Source: an uncultured Phycisphaerales bacterium (GTDB lineage: Bacteria; Planctomycetota; Phycisphaerae; Tepidisphaerales; Tepidisphaeraceae). Taken from it: a stretch of DNA of 64,000 bases. This document shows positions 9,648-20,141 of the stretch, piece after piece; within the stretch, counting starts at the first letter, position 1; every line of letters begins with the position of its first letter. The translations under genes and the position numbers were made by a program. The stretch is from assembly GCA_963755915.1 (NCBI GenBank), contig CAVWLP010000002.1, forward strand, positions 1,056,001-1,120,000, written 5' to 3'. The notes below the pieces were generated by a model. It saw nothing but the letters and a program-made list of their open reading frames with translations. It searched no databases and had not been told where the DNA came from.

Positions 9648-11054
9648 ATGCCGTCCATGACAATCACAGAAAAAATCCTCGCCCGACACGCAGGTCGATC
9701 CTCCGTCTTCCCCGGCGAAAACGTCTGGGTCAACGTCGACATCCTCATGACCCACGACGTCTGCGGCCCCGGCACCATCGGCATCTTCCACGAACAGTTC
9801 GGGAAAGACGCCAAAGTCTGGGATCCCGACCGCGTGGTCATCATCCCCGATCACTACATCTTCACCGCCGACCAGAAGTGCCATCGCAACGTGCAAATCC
9901 TGCGTGATTTCGTCAAACAGCAGGGCCTGAGATATTTCTACGACGCCGAGTTCGTCAAAAATGAACCGACAATGCCCAACCCCTACCGCGACCCGACCAA
10001 GACCAGCTACAAAGGCGTCTGCCACAAGGCCCTCCCCGAAGAGGGCCACGTCCGACCCGGTGAAATCCTCCTCGGCACCGACAGCCACACCTGCACCGCC
10101 GGCGCCTTCGGCCAATTCGCCTCCGGCATCGGAAACACCGACGCCGCCTTCGTCCTCGGCACCGGCAAGCTCTGGTTGAAAGTCCCCCCGACCATGCGCT
10201 TCACCTTCCACGGCGCCATCCCCCCATACCTCACCGCCAAGGACCTCATCCTCGCCGTCATCGGTGAAATCGGCGTCGACGGCGCCACCTACCGCAGCAT
10301 GTACTTCGCCGGCGACGGAATCTCCTCCCTCACCCTCGAAGACCGCATGACCCTCACCAACATGGCCATCGAAGCCGGCGGCAAAAATGGCGTCTGCGAC
10401 GTCGACGAAAAAACCCTCAAATATGTCCGAAATCGCAGCAAAATCCCCACCTGGGAAGTCGTCCGCGACGACCCCGACGCGAAATATTGTTTCGATGCCG
10501 AGTGGGATCTGGCAACGCTCGAGCCGCTGGTCGCCAAGCCCCACAGCCCCGACAACCGCGACACCGTCTTCAACTGCCGCGACGTCAAACTCGACCAGGC
10601 CTACATCGGAAGCTGCACCGGCGGCAAGATCACCGACATGATCTTCGCCGCCAACATCCTCAAGGGGAATCGCGTTAAAATCCCCACCTTCGTCGTCCCC
10701 GGCAGCACCGAAGTCCATGCCGACATGAAACGCCTCAACCTCCGCGGCGTCGAAAAAGGCCCCAACGAAAAAAGCGTCGAAGACGTCCTCCTCGACGCCG
10801 GCTGCAACGTCGGCTCCTCCGGTTGCGCCGCCTGCCTCGGTGGCCCCGGTGACACCTTCGGCCGCCTCCAACGCAGCGAAGTCTGCATCAGCACCACCAA
10901 CCGCAATTTCCCCGGCCGAATGGGCAGCACCAAGAGCGCCGTCTACCTCGCCTCACCCCTCACCGTCGCCGCCAGCGCCCTCACCGGCTATGTCACGGAT
11001 CCACGCGAGTACGTCAGCCAGCCCATTGAAACCGGCACCGCCGGAGTCGCCTAG
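9648..11054 (+). CDS. leuC: 3-isopropylmalate dehydratase large subunit (aconitase family)
   Basis: TITEKILA, PDH, GTDSHTCT, IGSCT, CAACLG, STTNRNFPGRMG. Confidence 0.9.
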   Translation: MPSMTITEKILARHAGRSSVFPGENVWVNVDILMTHDVCGPGTIGIFHEQFGKDAKVWDPDRVVIIPDHYIFTADQKCHRNVQILRDFVKQQGLRYFYDAEFVKNEPTMPNPYRDPTKTSYKGVCHKALPEEGHVRPGEILLGTDSHTCTAGAFGQFASGIGNTDAAFVLGTGKLWLKVPPTMRFTFHGAIPPYLTAKDLILAVIGEIGVDGATYRSMYFAGDGISSLTLEDRMTLTNMAIEAGGKNGVCDVDEKTLKYVRNRSKIPTWEVVRDDPDAKYCFDAEWDLATLEPLVAKPHSPDNRDTVFNCRDVKLDQAYIGSCTGGKITDMIFAANILKGNRVKIPTFVVPGSTEVHADMKRLNLRGVEKGPNEKSVEDVLLDAGCNVGSSGCAACLGGPGDTFGRLQRSEVCISTTNRNFPGRMGSTKSAVYLASPLTVAASALTGYVTDPREYVSQPIETGTAGVA

Positions 11055-11088
11055 GGGAAACAAGATATAAGCCTATTCGGGAAGGGAC

Positions 11089-12403
11089 ATGGCATCAGAA
11101 AAAGGCACAGATGATCCCGCCCGCATCATCCGGCGCGCTGCTTCCGCCGACCCCGAGATCAAAAACTATCAACCCGTCGACCTGAGCGAAAAACGCAAGG
11201 GCCTGGCCGATCTAGTCTATTGCATTGCCGAAGCGGCCGAGGAGCCCGGTCGCGTGTTCGATCGTCTCCGCTGGGGTGGCCAGGCGATCGTCATTTGTCC
11301 GTCACATAACGAAGCGGTTCGGCTCAGCGAGGGCTTTGAAAAGTCTGGGTTCGATCTCACCGACCGCCCTTCCCAATTGCGCCGCAAATTTCTGGGCATC
11401 CCTTTCCCGCTGTTTTCCAAAATAATCCACTATTTCATCGCGCAAAAATTGAACTCGTTCCACCCGGCGAAACGACGGATCGGTTCACTTATAATGTTCA
11501 TCTCACGCGCGGCCCCCAAAAAGGCCAATATATTGTCGTAAAAGAGGTCCCCACCCTCGAAATGGTGATGCGGCGGCTACGCAATAAGTGGCCCGATCTT
11601 GCCCCCGAAATCATCGAAAAACGCGCCCGCAAATTCTCCGACAAAATCTTCCCGATATTCCTGACCCGCGAGGCGGCAATCCTCAAAATCGTCAACCGCG
11701 ACCTGCCTCCAGAGTATAGCGATCGCGTCCCCAGCCTCCTCGACATGGAGACGGACGAAAAAGGATTCGCCAAACGCCTCCACCTCAGTTGGCTGCGCAA
11801 CGGCGGCAAACGCCTCGGTCAGATCGAATTCGCCCGCCAAAGCGCCGATTTACTGCGGGCGCTGCATGATGATGCTGGCGTGATGCACCTTGATTTGCGA
11901 CTGGACAATTTTGTAATTACCCCCGCTGGCGTCGGCTTTGTTGACTTCGGGTCGGCTGTCCGCGTCGATGAAAATCTCAAGCAAAGCGTCTCTTGTCCAG
12001 CCTCTTTGAAGAGTTGATGAAAACCAGCGAAATCCAGCGCATGCTCCTCCGCATGACACGAACTGGAGAAGTGACCAGCGAAGCGATTAGCGGAGGACTC
12101 CACAAAGTCGACAAGGCCGTCGACTGCTTTTATCTGGCCATGCAGATCAGCTCGCCGCACGCCAATCCCGACCTGAGCGATCTGATAGAATTTGACAAGA
12201 ATAGCCCTGAAGCGCAGATGCTGTCTGCACTTACAGACCAAATCCTCCGCCCAAAAGACCCCGCAAAACCCGCCTTCCGCTCCGCCGCCGACATCCTCCG
12301 CGGCATTGCTGACTTGAAGCCGGTCCAGATCCCCGATCCCACTCCATCCGCTCCAATGCAAACCTTCGACATGGAAGTGTCGAAAACCCTGCCCCGTCCT
12401 TGA
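11089..12403 (+). CDS. Atypical protein-kinase-like protein (frameshifts near 11450 and 11990)
   Basis: Joined frames give YIVVKE (beta3 Lys), TREAAIL (alphaC Glu), HLDLRLDN (catalytic loop) and VDFG. Confidence 0.7.
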
Positions 12404-12524
12404 CCCCAATTGTGAAATAAAGTAAACGGTAGGCTACGGATGAAGTATTAAACGCGGCCAGAAAAACGCCGTTGGGGAAGAGCATCGGCGCACCGCGTTC
12501 ACAAATGAAAGGGACGCCTATTAA

Positions 12525-12782
12525 CTAAGACTTCTTTTTCCCGTCCGATCCAATCCGCTTCAGGATCATCTCCACGACCTCAGAACGAATGTCGTGCGGA
12601 TAGAGCCCAAGGATAGCGGCCTGAACAACGTCCGATTGGGTCGTGAACCATTCGATGATCCGGCTTGTCGCCGCGATCTGCGTCATTCCCAACCGATCGC
12701 AAAGATCGGCGAGCCCTTTCTTGGACTCGGGGTAAAGTTCGATCCGCATGATCACGCGGCGGGTTTGATTAGCAGCAGCCAT
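12525..12782 (-). CDS. Small ribbon-helix-helix-like protein, paralogue 1
   Basis: Beta-strand VIMRIEL, then helices K..L..LC.R.GMTQIA..SRIIEWF; similar to 12904-13143. Confidence 0.7.
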   Translation of the reverse strand: MAAANQTRRVIMRIELYPESKKGLADLCDRLGMTQIAATSRIIEWFTTQSDVVQAAILGLYPHDIRSEVVEMILKRIGSDGKKKS

Positions 12783-12903
12783 TGTAGTTTCCTTACGCTA
12801 AAGGACTTAGAAGACAATAGTGGTATATACTAACTAAATTTCACTATGATGGAATAGCCCGGAAACGCTCCGGTCTTCATTCCCTGCCCCTTAAGCCTTC
12901 CCT

Positions 12904-13143
12904 TTAATCCTTACCTCGGGACGCCATCTGCTTCAGCATCTGTTTCGCAAGCTTCCCAAGGGCCGCTTCCGAAAGTGAGGTCATCACCGCCGTTTGAATG
13001 ACTTCGTCCTGTTTTACAAACCAGCCCACCAGACGCGACATCATCGCGATCTGGGTCATCCCCCTCTTCTCACAAAGCTGGTCCAACGCGTTTTTCGCAT
13101 GTGCGTCCAGTTGGATACGCATTATTGCTCGCCGGTCTGCCAT
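12904..13143 (-). CDS. Small ribbon-helix-helix-like protein, paralogue 2
   Basis: AIMRIQL..AK..L..LC.KRGMTQIAMMSRLVGWF; GGAG RBS upstream of the ATG at 13143. Confidence 0.7.
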   Translation of the reverse strand: MADRRAIMRIQLDAHAKNALDQLCEKRGMTQIAMMSRLVGWFVKQDEVIQTAVMTSLSEAALGKLAKQMLKQMASRGKD

Positions 13144-13413
13144 AAAACTTCGCTCCGTTGTGTTGTGCGCCCCGACCCCATACACCTTCGACGCGCACTT
13201 CCTTTTTGGTCTCAAACACATTTAGATTAAAAGTACACCGCTTCAAAATTTACTCTGGCCGAATATATTACTACGTAGATTCCAGGCAAATCATCTCACA
13301 AAATTTTAAGATTATTTTTGTAGTACGCCGCAAAATCTGGTGAATCACTTCCGATTCTGCGAACTTTTCCTCTTGGCGCGGCTTGCAATCCTTTCTACCC
13401 ATACCCAAAAAAC

Positions 13414-13695
13414 TCATTTCCCCAGATTCCGACCCGTCAATGCTCGCGCTATCGTTGTCGGGGAATTCGGCACAGATAACGGACCGTGGTCGTCGATCAA
13501 TTGCGCGCTCAGCCGCCGATTCCCTTCCACCAGGGGCTTCCCAATCACTTGCGCGATCTGATTTACCTCTTCCTGCTTCTGCGCCAGAAGCTTCTCCAAC
13601 TCCAGCACCTTCGCGTCGAGCTCCTCGTATTCTTTTAGTGCGTTCTGGTAGAGTTCCTCCCCCTCCCGCATCCATTCTTCAATAGACTTGGCCAC
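13414..13695 (-). CDS. Hypothetical coiled-coil protein
   Basis: GGAGG RBS plus GTG start; E/L heptad-rich, 93 aa. Confidence 0.7.
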   Translation of the reverse strand: MAKSIEEWMREGEELYQNALKEYEELDAKVLELEKLLAQKQEEVNQIAQVIGKPLVEGNRRLSAQLIDDHGPLSVPNSPTTIARALTGRNLGK

Positions 13696-14192
13696 TACCC
13701 GAACCTCCCACAGGATCTCATCGAGAATCTGTTCACGCTTTACATTCCGCGCCGCCCGTACCGCCTTACTCCACCCAGCATTTCGATCGATGCTATAACG
13801 CGCGATCACCCATTCACATTTCATTCAAATTCGAAGCTGCTTCAGTTCAATTCGCGCCATCATTTCCGGCGCTGGTATTGGAAGGGCACCCAATCTAACG
13901 CTGCCTTCCATGTTAGCACAAACAACACAAGTTCAGCGAATATTAATTATCGGTTTAGCCCGGCAACGCAAATTTTCCCGAACTTTGCGCAACACAACTC
14001 CTCCGCATTGCGCGAAGCCAAAAGCAGTTCAACAATTGAACATTTCTCCTTCATCGTAGAATATTGGTTCGTTTTGGTATAAATTGGGTCCCCTCCCGCC
14101 GCCCAAACCCCGCCCCAGACCCGTCTCGCGCACCGCCAATGACGTTCCATCCCCCCGGCGATAAAATGCCCGGCTACTTTTCAAAAGGAACC

Positions 14193-15410
14193 ATGGCCAG
14201 CAACCAATCCAGCGACCCCTTTAAAGAAAAATTCCGCCCCGATCTCGACGCCAAACTCGACGCCCAGATCGACGCCGCCATGGACGGAATCTCCATCGAC
14301 GACCTCTACGGATTCAACAAGTCCAAAGCCACCGAACCCCACACCGAAAAAGGCGTCCGCCGCGGAAAAATCGTCTCCATCGAAAAGGACGACGTCTTCG
14401 TCGATTTCGGTGGCAAGAGCCAGGGCGTCGTCCCCGCGCTCCAATTCGAAGAGCCCCCCCAGGTCGGCCAGGAAATGGAGTTCAACGTAGAACGATACGA
14501 CTCCTCCGAAGGCTTGCTGATCCTCTCCCGAAAAGGCGCCGCCGCCGGAAACGTCACCTGGGAAACCCTCGAAGTCGGCCAAATCGTCGAGGGAACCGTC
14601 ACCGCCGTCAACAAAGGTGGCCTCGAACTAACAGTCAAAACCATGCGCGCCTTCATGCCCGCCGGTCAGGTCGATCTCTATCACGTCCCCGATCTCTCCC
14701 AGTTCATCAATCAGAAAATCACCGCCGAAGTCACCGCCTTCGAGCGCGAAGGCCGCAACATCGTCCTCTCGCGCCGAAACATCCTCGAACGCCAGCGCGA
14801 AGAGCAAAAGCAAAAGCTCATGGAAGAACTCGCCGTCGGCCAGATCCGCCGCGGAACCGTCCGCAGCATCATGGACTTCGGCGCCTTCGTCGATCTCGGT
14901 GGCGTCGACGGCCTCCTCCACGTCAGCGAAATGAGCTTCCGCCGCGTCCGCAATCCCGGCGAAATCGTCAAAGAGGGCGATGTCCTCGACGTCAAAATCC
15001 TCAAGATCGACCGCGAAGCCGGAAAGCTCAGCCTCAGCCTCAAGCAAGCCCGCGGCGTAGACCCCTGGCTCGACGCCCAAACCCGCTACTCCGTCGGCTC
15101 CCAAATCACCGGCCGCGTCACGAAGATCGAAACCTTCGGCGCCTTCATCGAAGTCGAGGAAGGCATCGAAGGACTTCTCCCCATCAGCGAAATCAGCCAT
15201 CGCCGCATCAAATCCCCCAGCGAGGTCGTCAAGGAGGGCGACACCCTCCGCCTCGTCGTCCTCTCCGTCGATCCCATCGCCCGCAGAATGTCCTTCAGTC
15301 TCAAACAGGCCATGCTCCCCGAAGAACCACCCCCCGAAAAAGCCGCCGACACAGCCCCCGCCAAACCAAAGAAAAAGCGCCCCCAACTCCGCGGCGGACT
15401 GGATTTTTGA
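14193..15410 (+). CDS. S1 RNA-binding domain protein (RpsA-like, 4 S1 repeats)
   Basis: Repeated S1 motifs (FGAFVDLGGVDGLLHVSE, FGAFIEVEEGIEGLLPISE); ends LRGGLDF. Confidence 0.9.
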   Translation: MASNQSSDPFKEKFRPDLDAKLDAQIDAAMDGISIDDLYGFNKSKATEPHTEKGVRRGKIVSIEKDDVFVDFGGKSQGVVPALQFEEPPQVGQEMEFNVERYDSSEGLLILSRKGAAAGNVTWETLEVGQIVEGTVTAVNKGGLELTVKTMRAFMPAGQVDLYHVPDLSQFINQKITAEVTAFEREGRNIVLSRRNILERQREEQKQKLMEELAVGQIRRGTVRSIMDFGAFVDLGGVDGLLHVSEMSFRRVRNPGEIVKEGDVLDVKILKIDREAGKLSLSLKQARGVDPWLDAQTRYSVGSQITGRVTKIETFGAFIEVEEGIEGLLPISEISHRRIKSPSEVVKEGDTLRLVVLSVDPIARRMSFSLKQAMLPEEPPPEKAADTAPAKPKKKRPQLRGGLDF

Positions 15411-17053
15411 AAATCTCCTCTTTCATCGCCGCCATCGCCCTCCTTGCCGCCGTTTGCAACGGCGCCGATGCCCCGCAATCCGTCGAGCCCCAGCTCGCCC
15501 CCAATGTCGCCGACCGCTGGGCTCTCACCTTCCCGCGCGACCAGGACGGATTCACCATCTTCCCCCTCGGCGAAGGCTCACGCATCGTCCTCGTCAGCAG
15601 CTCCGACGGCAGTGACTTCTACGACGGCATGATCCAGCCCGTCCGAACCCTGAAAAAAGCCCTCACCCTCGTTCGCAACGGATACCCCGATCGCATCCTC
15701 TTCAAGCGCGGCGACGTCTTCCGCGAGGCAGGCCTCGACGTCAACATCGAAAAACAGGGCCGCAGCGCCCTCGAGCCCTTCATCATCGGCGCCTACGGCA
15801 GTACCCGCCTCCCGCGCCCCATCCTCTATTCCCACATCAGCCTCGGCGCCAAGATCGAGCCCCGATATCTCGTCCTCCAAAGCCTCGACCTCTTCGCCGA
15901 CACCCGCGATCCCTCCCAGCGCGCCACCTTCAGCGTCAAAAAAATGAGCGACCACCAGACCTTCGGCATCGGCCTGATATGCCCGGGCAGATTCCTCTGG
16001 ATCGAAGACTGCCGCATCCGCGATTTCGGCATGGGCCTCGTCCTCGAAGCCCCCCTCACCAACTATTTCGATACCCTCATCCTCCGCCGCTGCGAAGTCC
16101 TCGATTCCTGGGCCTTCGGCATGTCCTCAGGAATCTACCTGGAGAATTTTGAAAACGTCCTCATCGACGAAAACGTTTTCGACCACAACGGCTGGGCCGA
16201 CCTCCCCGGCGCCGGCAAAACGATGTTCAACCACGACATGTACCTCCAGCACGGCCACATGGGCGAAGACCGCCACATCACCGTCCGCGGCAACATCATC
16301 GCCCGCGCCGCCAGCCACGGCTGCCAGCTCCGCCCCGGCGGATTGCTGGAAGGCAATCTATTTCTAAAAAATCCCCTCGGCGCCTTCATGAGCTTCTCCC
16401 CCTCCATCGCCAGAAACAACGTCGTGCTGGACGGCGATTCCATCGCCCCGGGTTTGGAGCGCGGCCAGGGCCTCGAATTTTTGAACTGCTATCAAGCCCT
16501 CGCCGAGGGAAACATCATCGCCCACAAGCCCGACAAACGAAACGGCCAGGAAGGCCTCGCCTTCTACCCCGAAGGCCGCCAGGGAATCCCCGCCCCCACT
16601 GTCGGCATTTTCCGCCACAACATCGTCTACGACTGGGCCGGCCCCGCCTTCTTCATGGTCTCCGAGCCCGCCGGCCTCGTCGCCACCGACAACTTCTTCG
16701 AACAAACCGACAACCCCGACATTTTTCTCCACGACTGGCAGAGCAAATTCGTCTTCCAGAACAACCACTACACGTCCCAGCTCTCCCAACCCTTCCGCAT
16801 CGGCGAGAAATACCTGGACCTCGCCGGTTGGATCGCTCAGACAGGCGAGAAGCCCAACACCGCCGCCGCGAAGTTTGTCGATCCCTCCCGCGACATCGCC
16901 AGTTATGCCAAGTCCATCGGCCTCGAGGATCATTCGCTGGAAGGCTTCCTCACCGCCGCCCGCGAGCAGCGCCGCGGGCACTGGGATAATCGCCTCACCG
17001 CCGAGGCGGTGAACCAATACATCCGCGCCGGGTTTGCGATTCGATCGCCGTGA
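15407..17053 (+). CDS. Secreted right-handed beta-helix (pectin-lyase-like) protein
   Basis: Signal peptide; ILFKRGDVF, IGAYG, repeated N-rich strands (ENVFDHNG, GNIIA, NNVVL). Confidence 0.75.
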   Translation: MKISSFIAAIALLAAVCNGADAPQSVEPQLAPNVADRWALTFPRDQDGFTIFPLGEGSRIVLVSSSDGSDFYDGMIQPVRTLKKALTLVRNGYPDRILFKRGDVFREAGLDVNIEKQGRSALEPFIIGAYGSTRLPRPILYSHISLGAKIEPRYLVLQSLDLFADTRDPSQRATFSVKKMSDHQTFGIGLICPGRFLWIEDCRIRDFGMGLVLEAPLTNYFDTLILRRCEVLDSWAFGMSSGIYLENFENVLIDENVFDHNGWADLPGAGKTMFNHDMYLQHGHMGEDRHITVRGNIIARAASHGCQLRPGGLLEGNLFLKNPLGAFMSFSPSIARNNVVLDGDSIAPGLERGQGLEFLNCYQALAEGNIIAHKPDKRNGQEGLAFYPEGRQGIPAPTVGIFRHNIVYDWAGPAFFMVSEPAGLVATDNFFEQTDNPDIFLHDWQSKFVFQNNHYTSQLSQPFRIGEKYLDLAGWIAQTGEKPNTAAAKFVDPSRDIASYAKSIGLEDHSLEGFLTAAREQRRGHWDNRLTAEAVNQYIRAGFAIRSP

Positions 17054-17099
17054 GGGGACGCGGTTTTTGAGCTGAAAACGCGGAAATGTTACATAATTT

Positions 17100-18588
17100 T
17101 AATCCCGTTCGGCACGGGGTTCGCGCAAGCAGCAAGATATTGAGATTGCGCCTTTGATCTTTTTATGGCATGCTGCCGGACGTGCAGGCAAGACTGAAGG
17201 AAAAAGAGATCCTGTGCCTCGGACATCTGCGGCGCGTCTTCGCGCTGCTGCCCACGCTGCGGGATGTGGGCTGTGAGCGGGATCGAGCCGGGAACCGCCA
17301 GCTTCACTTCGACGATTATTGCAAGCTGGTTTTGCTTTACACCTGGAATCCGCTGATCCAATCCCTGCGGGATCTTCAGGAGGTTGCTGAAATGCCCAAG
17401 GTGGCCAAGGCGCTGGGAATTAAGCGTTTTTCCGTGGGCAGTTTCTCTGAATCGGTTCGGGTGTTCGAGCCGGGGCGTTTGACGCCGCTGATTGAGGAAT
17501 TGGCGGGGGAACTGCCCCAGGCGCCCGATCCGCGTCTTGCGGACTTTGGGCAGGCGATCACGCTGGTCGACGGGACGGTGCTGACGGCGCTGAGTCGGCT
17601 GGCCAAATCCGCTTGCGGCATCGATGCGCGCTACAACACCTCCCGGGACGGGAAAGCGGTCTATGGCTGGCGTTTGCACGTTCAATTCGATCTGGAGACG
17701 TTCAAAGTCCATCGCCTCGACCGCACTGGCGCTCGCAACGCGGGGGCCAACCGTGAAAACAACGTCCTGCGGCGCAGCCTGGAAGCAGGACGGTGCTATG
17801 TAGGAGACGGCGGCTACGCCGACCGGAGCCTCTTTGCGGACATCGCCGCGGCGCAAAGCTCCTTTGTGATGCGGGCCGCGGAAAACTCGGTGTTTGAGCT
17901 GTTTGAAGAACGATTGCTTTCACAGGAAGCATTGGACGGCGGCGTGGTGCGAGACGCGCTGGTGAAACTCGACGGCCTGGAGACGGCGGCGGATAGGGTG
18001 GTGCGACGGGTGGAAGTGCAGGTGAAACCCCATCCGCGCCGCACGCGCAGCGGCAACAAGCCGACGGACCTGATCATCCTGTACACGAACCTGCTGGACC
18101 TGCCGGCGGAATTGATCGCCCTGATTTATCTGTACCGCTACACCGTTGAGTTGTTCTTCCGGATCTTCAAGCAACTGCTGGGCATGCGTCACCTGCTGAG
18201 CCAACGCCAGGAGGGGATCGACATCCAAATCCACTGCGCGCTGATCGTCTGCGTGCTGATTCAGCTGATCAGCGGCAGGAAGCCGAACAAGGCGATGCGG
18301 AACATGATCGGCTGGTATCTGCTGGGGCTGGCCGAGGAACAGGACGTGCTTCGATTCCTGAACAAGCCGGATAACACCGGGATTAAGCTGAGGGCAAGAG
18401 CGGAGGCCTTGAAAAAACTGGGAGTAAACTGAAGGGGAATCCGTCGCCGCGGAGACCTCGCGGTTGATGCTGCGTCTTGCGGACGCCGGCGTGCAGCAGG
18501 GGAAAGTAAAAGTATCTAAGCTTCAATTGTTTCGCGTCCTCCACAGCTTTGGAATGCTCCGATGAAGCCTGCGTGCCGAACGGGATTA
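17100..18588 (+). mobile_element. IS4-family insertion sequence A (complete)
   Basis: Perfect 17-bp IRs TAATCCCGTTCGGCACG (17100-17116 / 18572-18588); 9-bp TSD ACATAATTT (17091-17099 / 18589-18597). Confidence 0.95.
17170..18432 (+). CDS. IS4-family DDE transposase
   Basis: LVDGT, GDGGY, Y-x2-R-x3-E-x6-K signature YLYRYTVELFFRIFK. Confidence 0.95.
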   Translation: MLPDVQARLKEKEILCLGHLRRVFALLPTLRDVGCERDRAGNRQLHFDDYCKLVLLYTWNPLIQSLRDLQEVAEMPKVAKALGIKRFSVGSFSESVRVFEPGRLTPLIEELAGELPQAPDPRLADFGQAITLVDGTVLTALSRLAKSACGIDARYNTSRDGKAVYGWRLHVQFDLETFKVHRLDRTGARNAGANRENNVLRRSLEAGRCYVGDGGYADRSLFADIAAAQSSFVMRAAENSVFELFEERLLSQEALDGGVVRDALVKLDGLETAADRVVRRVEVQVKPHPRRTRSGNKPTDLIILYTNLLDLPAELIALIYLYRYTVELFFRIFKQLLGMRHLLSQRQEGIDIQIHCALIVCVLIQLISGRKPNKAMRNMIGWYLLGLAEEQDVLRFLNKPDNTGIKLRARAEALKKLGVN

Positions 18589-18618
18589 ACATAATTTTAC
18601 GTTTTGTTACGTTTTTGG

Positions 18619-20141
18619 CAATAGTGTCCGGAACGCGGGCTCACCAATGACACAATCTTGCGCCTGCGCGAAGCAGCGTTTTGTGGTTCACTGCCGCCAC
18701 GTGCACGCGGACCTTTGCCCAGCTTCTGGATTGCCCGCCAAGCCGGGACGAAAGCCGCGGCCGGCGGTGCGGGGGGAGGATTTGTTCGGCGGCAAGTACG
18801 TCGGTATTTTGCAGGATCATCTGGCCCGCCTGCGGGCGGCGCATCCCCACCCCAATCGCACGCTTTTTTATGACGATGTGACCCTTGCCTATCTGCTGGC
18901 GTTTTTCACGCCGGCGATTCGCAGCCTGCGGACGATGGAGGATTTCAGCCAGACCGAGCAGATGCAGGAGCAGCTTTCGGTCGATCGCCTGCCGCGTTCC
19001 ACGCTTTCCGATGCCAACGCCCTGTTCGATCCGACGCTGCTGGAGCCGATCATCGAGGAGTTGCGGGCGCGGCTGCCGCACCTGCGTCACGGCGATCCGA
19101 AGCTGGCGGAGTTGACCGAGCGGGTACGGGTGGTGGATGGGTCGCTGTTCACCGTTGCCGCCGACGTGGCCTGGGCGCTGCATCAAAGTCGACCCAACGG
19201 AAAGCCCATGGACACGATTCGCCTGAATCTTCAATGGGCGGCGGGCGTGGGGGTTCCCGAGGGAGTGACGATCAGCGGCGCGGGATGCTCCGAGGCGCAG
19301 GCGCTGATGCAGTCCCTGGAGCCGGGACAGATTTACGTCATGGACCGCGGCTACGTCTGTTTCGAGCTGCTGGAGCGGATCGTACATGCCTGCAGCGATT
19401 TTGTGCTCCGGCTCAAGTCAAACAACTATTTCATTCCCATCGAAAACAATGACTTGACCCCCAAGTCCCTGCCGCTGAGCGATGAAGACCGCGCTGCCGG
19501 CATTCTCAGCGACCGGATCGGATACCTGGGCTCAGAAGGGCCACGCTTTGCTCCTCCGGCGGGAAAATGGCTTCGGGAAGTGACGATCTTCGACCCGGAC
19601 AAACCCGACAGGCCCCTGCGGCTGCTGACCAATCTTCTTAACATTCCCGCCCATGTCATCGGTCTGCTCTACCGCTGGCGATGGAAGATCGAGCTGTTTT
19701 TCCGCTGGCTGAAAGTGCACGCCCACTTCCGCCATCTCACCAGCCACAGCAAAAACGGCGTCACCACCGGGTTCTACATCGCGGTCATCGGGGTGCTGTT
19801 GATCTATCTGCACACGCAGCGTCCGGTGAGCAAATATGCCTACGCGATGCTGAGCCTGGTCGCCGCGGGAGGGGCCACGTTGCAAGAGATTATTCCCATC
19901 CTGCAGCGCCGAGAACGGGAATGCGAGCTGCAGCGTCAGCGTGTGGCACGGAAGAAGGCTGAAAAAATCGTCAAGTAAGTCACCGGGGGTTTTTGTTGTC
20001 CGGCCGCCGGTGAACGCCGCGGCATGCGCTGCAGGAGCAGCGCTGAACCTTCCACGCCGTTGCCCATCGAGGCAACGCAGCCTTTCGAGTGAAAACCCGA
20101 AAAATCCCAGCTTTAAGACGCGGAAGTCCCGGACAATATTG
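18619..20141 (+). mobile_element. IS4-family insertion sequence B (complete)
   Basis: IRs CAATAGTGTCCGGAAC / GTCCCGGACAATATTG (14/16 match); 9-bp TSD CGTTTTTGG (18610-18618 / 20142-20150). Confidence 0.93.
18647..19978 (+). CDS. IS4-family DDE transposase
   Basis: VVDGS, MDRGY, YRWRWKIELFFRWLK; true start may be downstream (TTG at 18731). Confidence 0.95.
   Translation: MTQSCACAKQRFVVHCRHVHADLCPASGLPAKPGRKPRPAVRGEDLFGGKYVGILQDHLARLRAAHPHPNRTLFYDDVTLAYLLAFFTPAIRSLRTMEDFSQTEQMQEQLSVDRLPRSTLSDANALFDPTLLEPIIEELRARLPHLRHGDPKLAELTERVRVVDGSLFTVAADVAWALHQSRPNGKPMDTIRLNLQWAAGVGVPEGVTISGAGCSEAQALMQSLEPGQIYVMDRGYVCFELLERIVHACSDFVLRLKSNNYFIPIENNDLTPKSLPLSDEDRAAGILSDRIGYLGSEGPRFAPPAGKWLREVTIFDPDKPDRPLRLLTNLLNIPAHVIGLLYRWRWKIELFFRWLKVHAHFRHLTSHSKNGVTTGFYIAVIGVLLIYLHTQRPVSKYAYAMLSLVAAGGATLQEIIPILQRRERECELQRQRVARKKAEKIVK

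Noticed and set aside
18433-20141. RNA-guided targeting by the IS4 3' tails
   Set aside because: I found no complementarity between the tails and the target sites, and the transposases are ordinary DDE enzymes.
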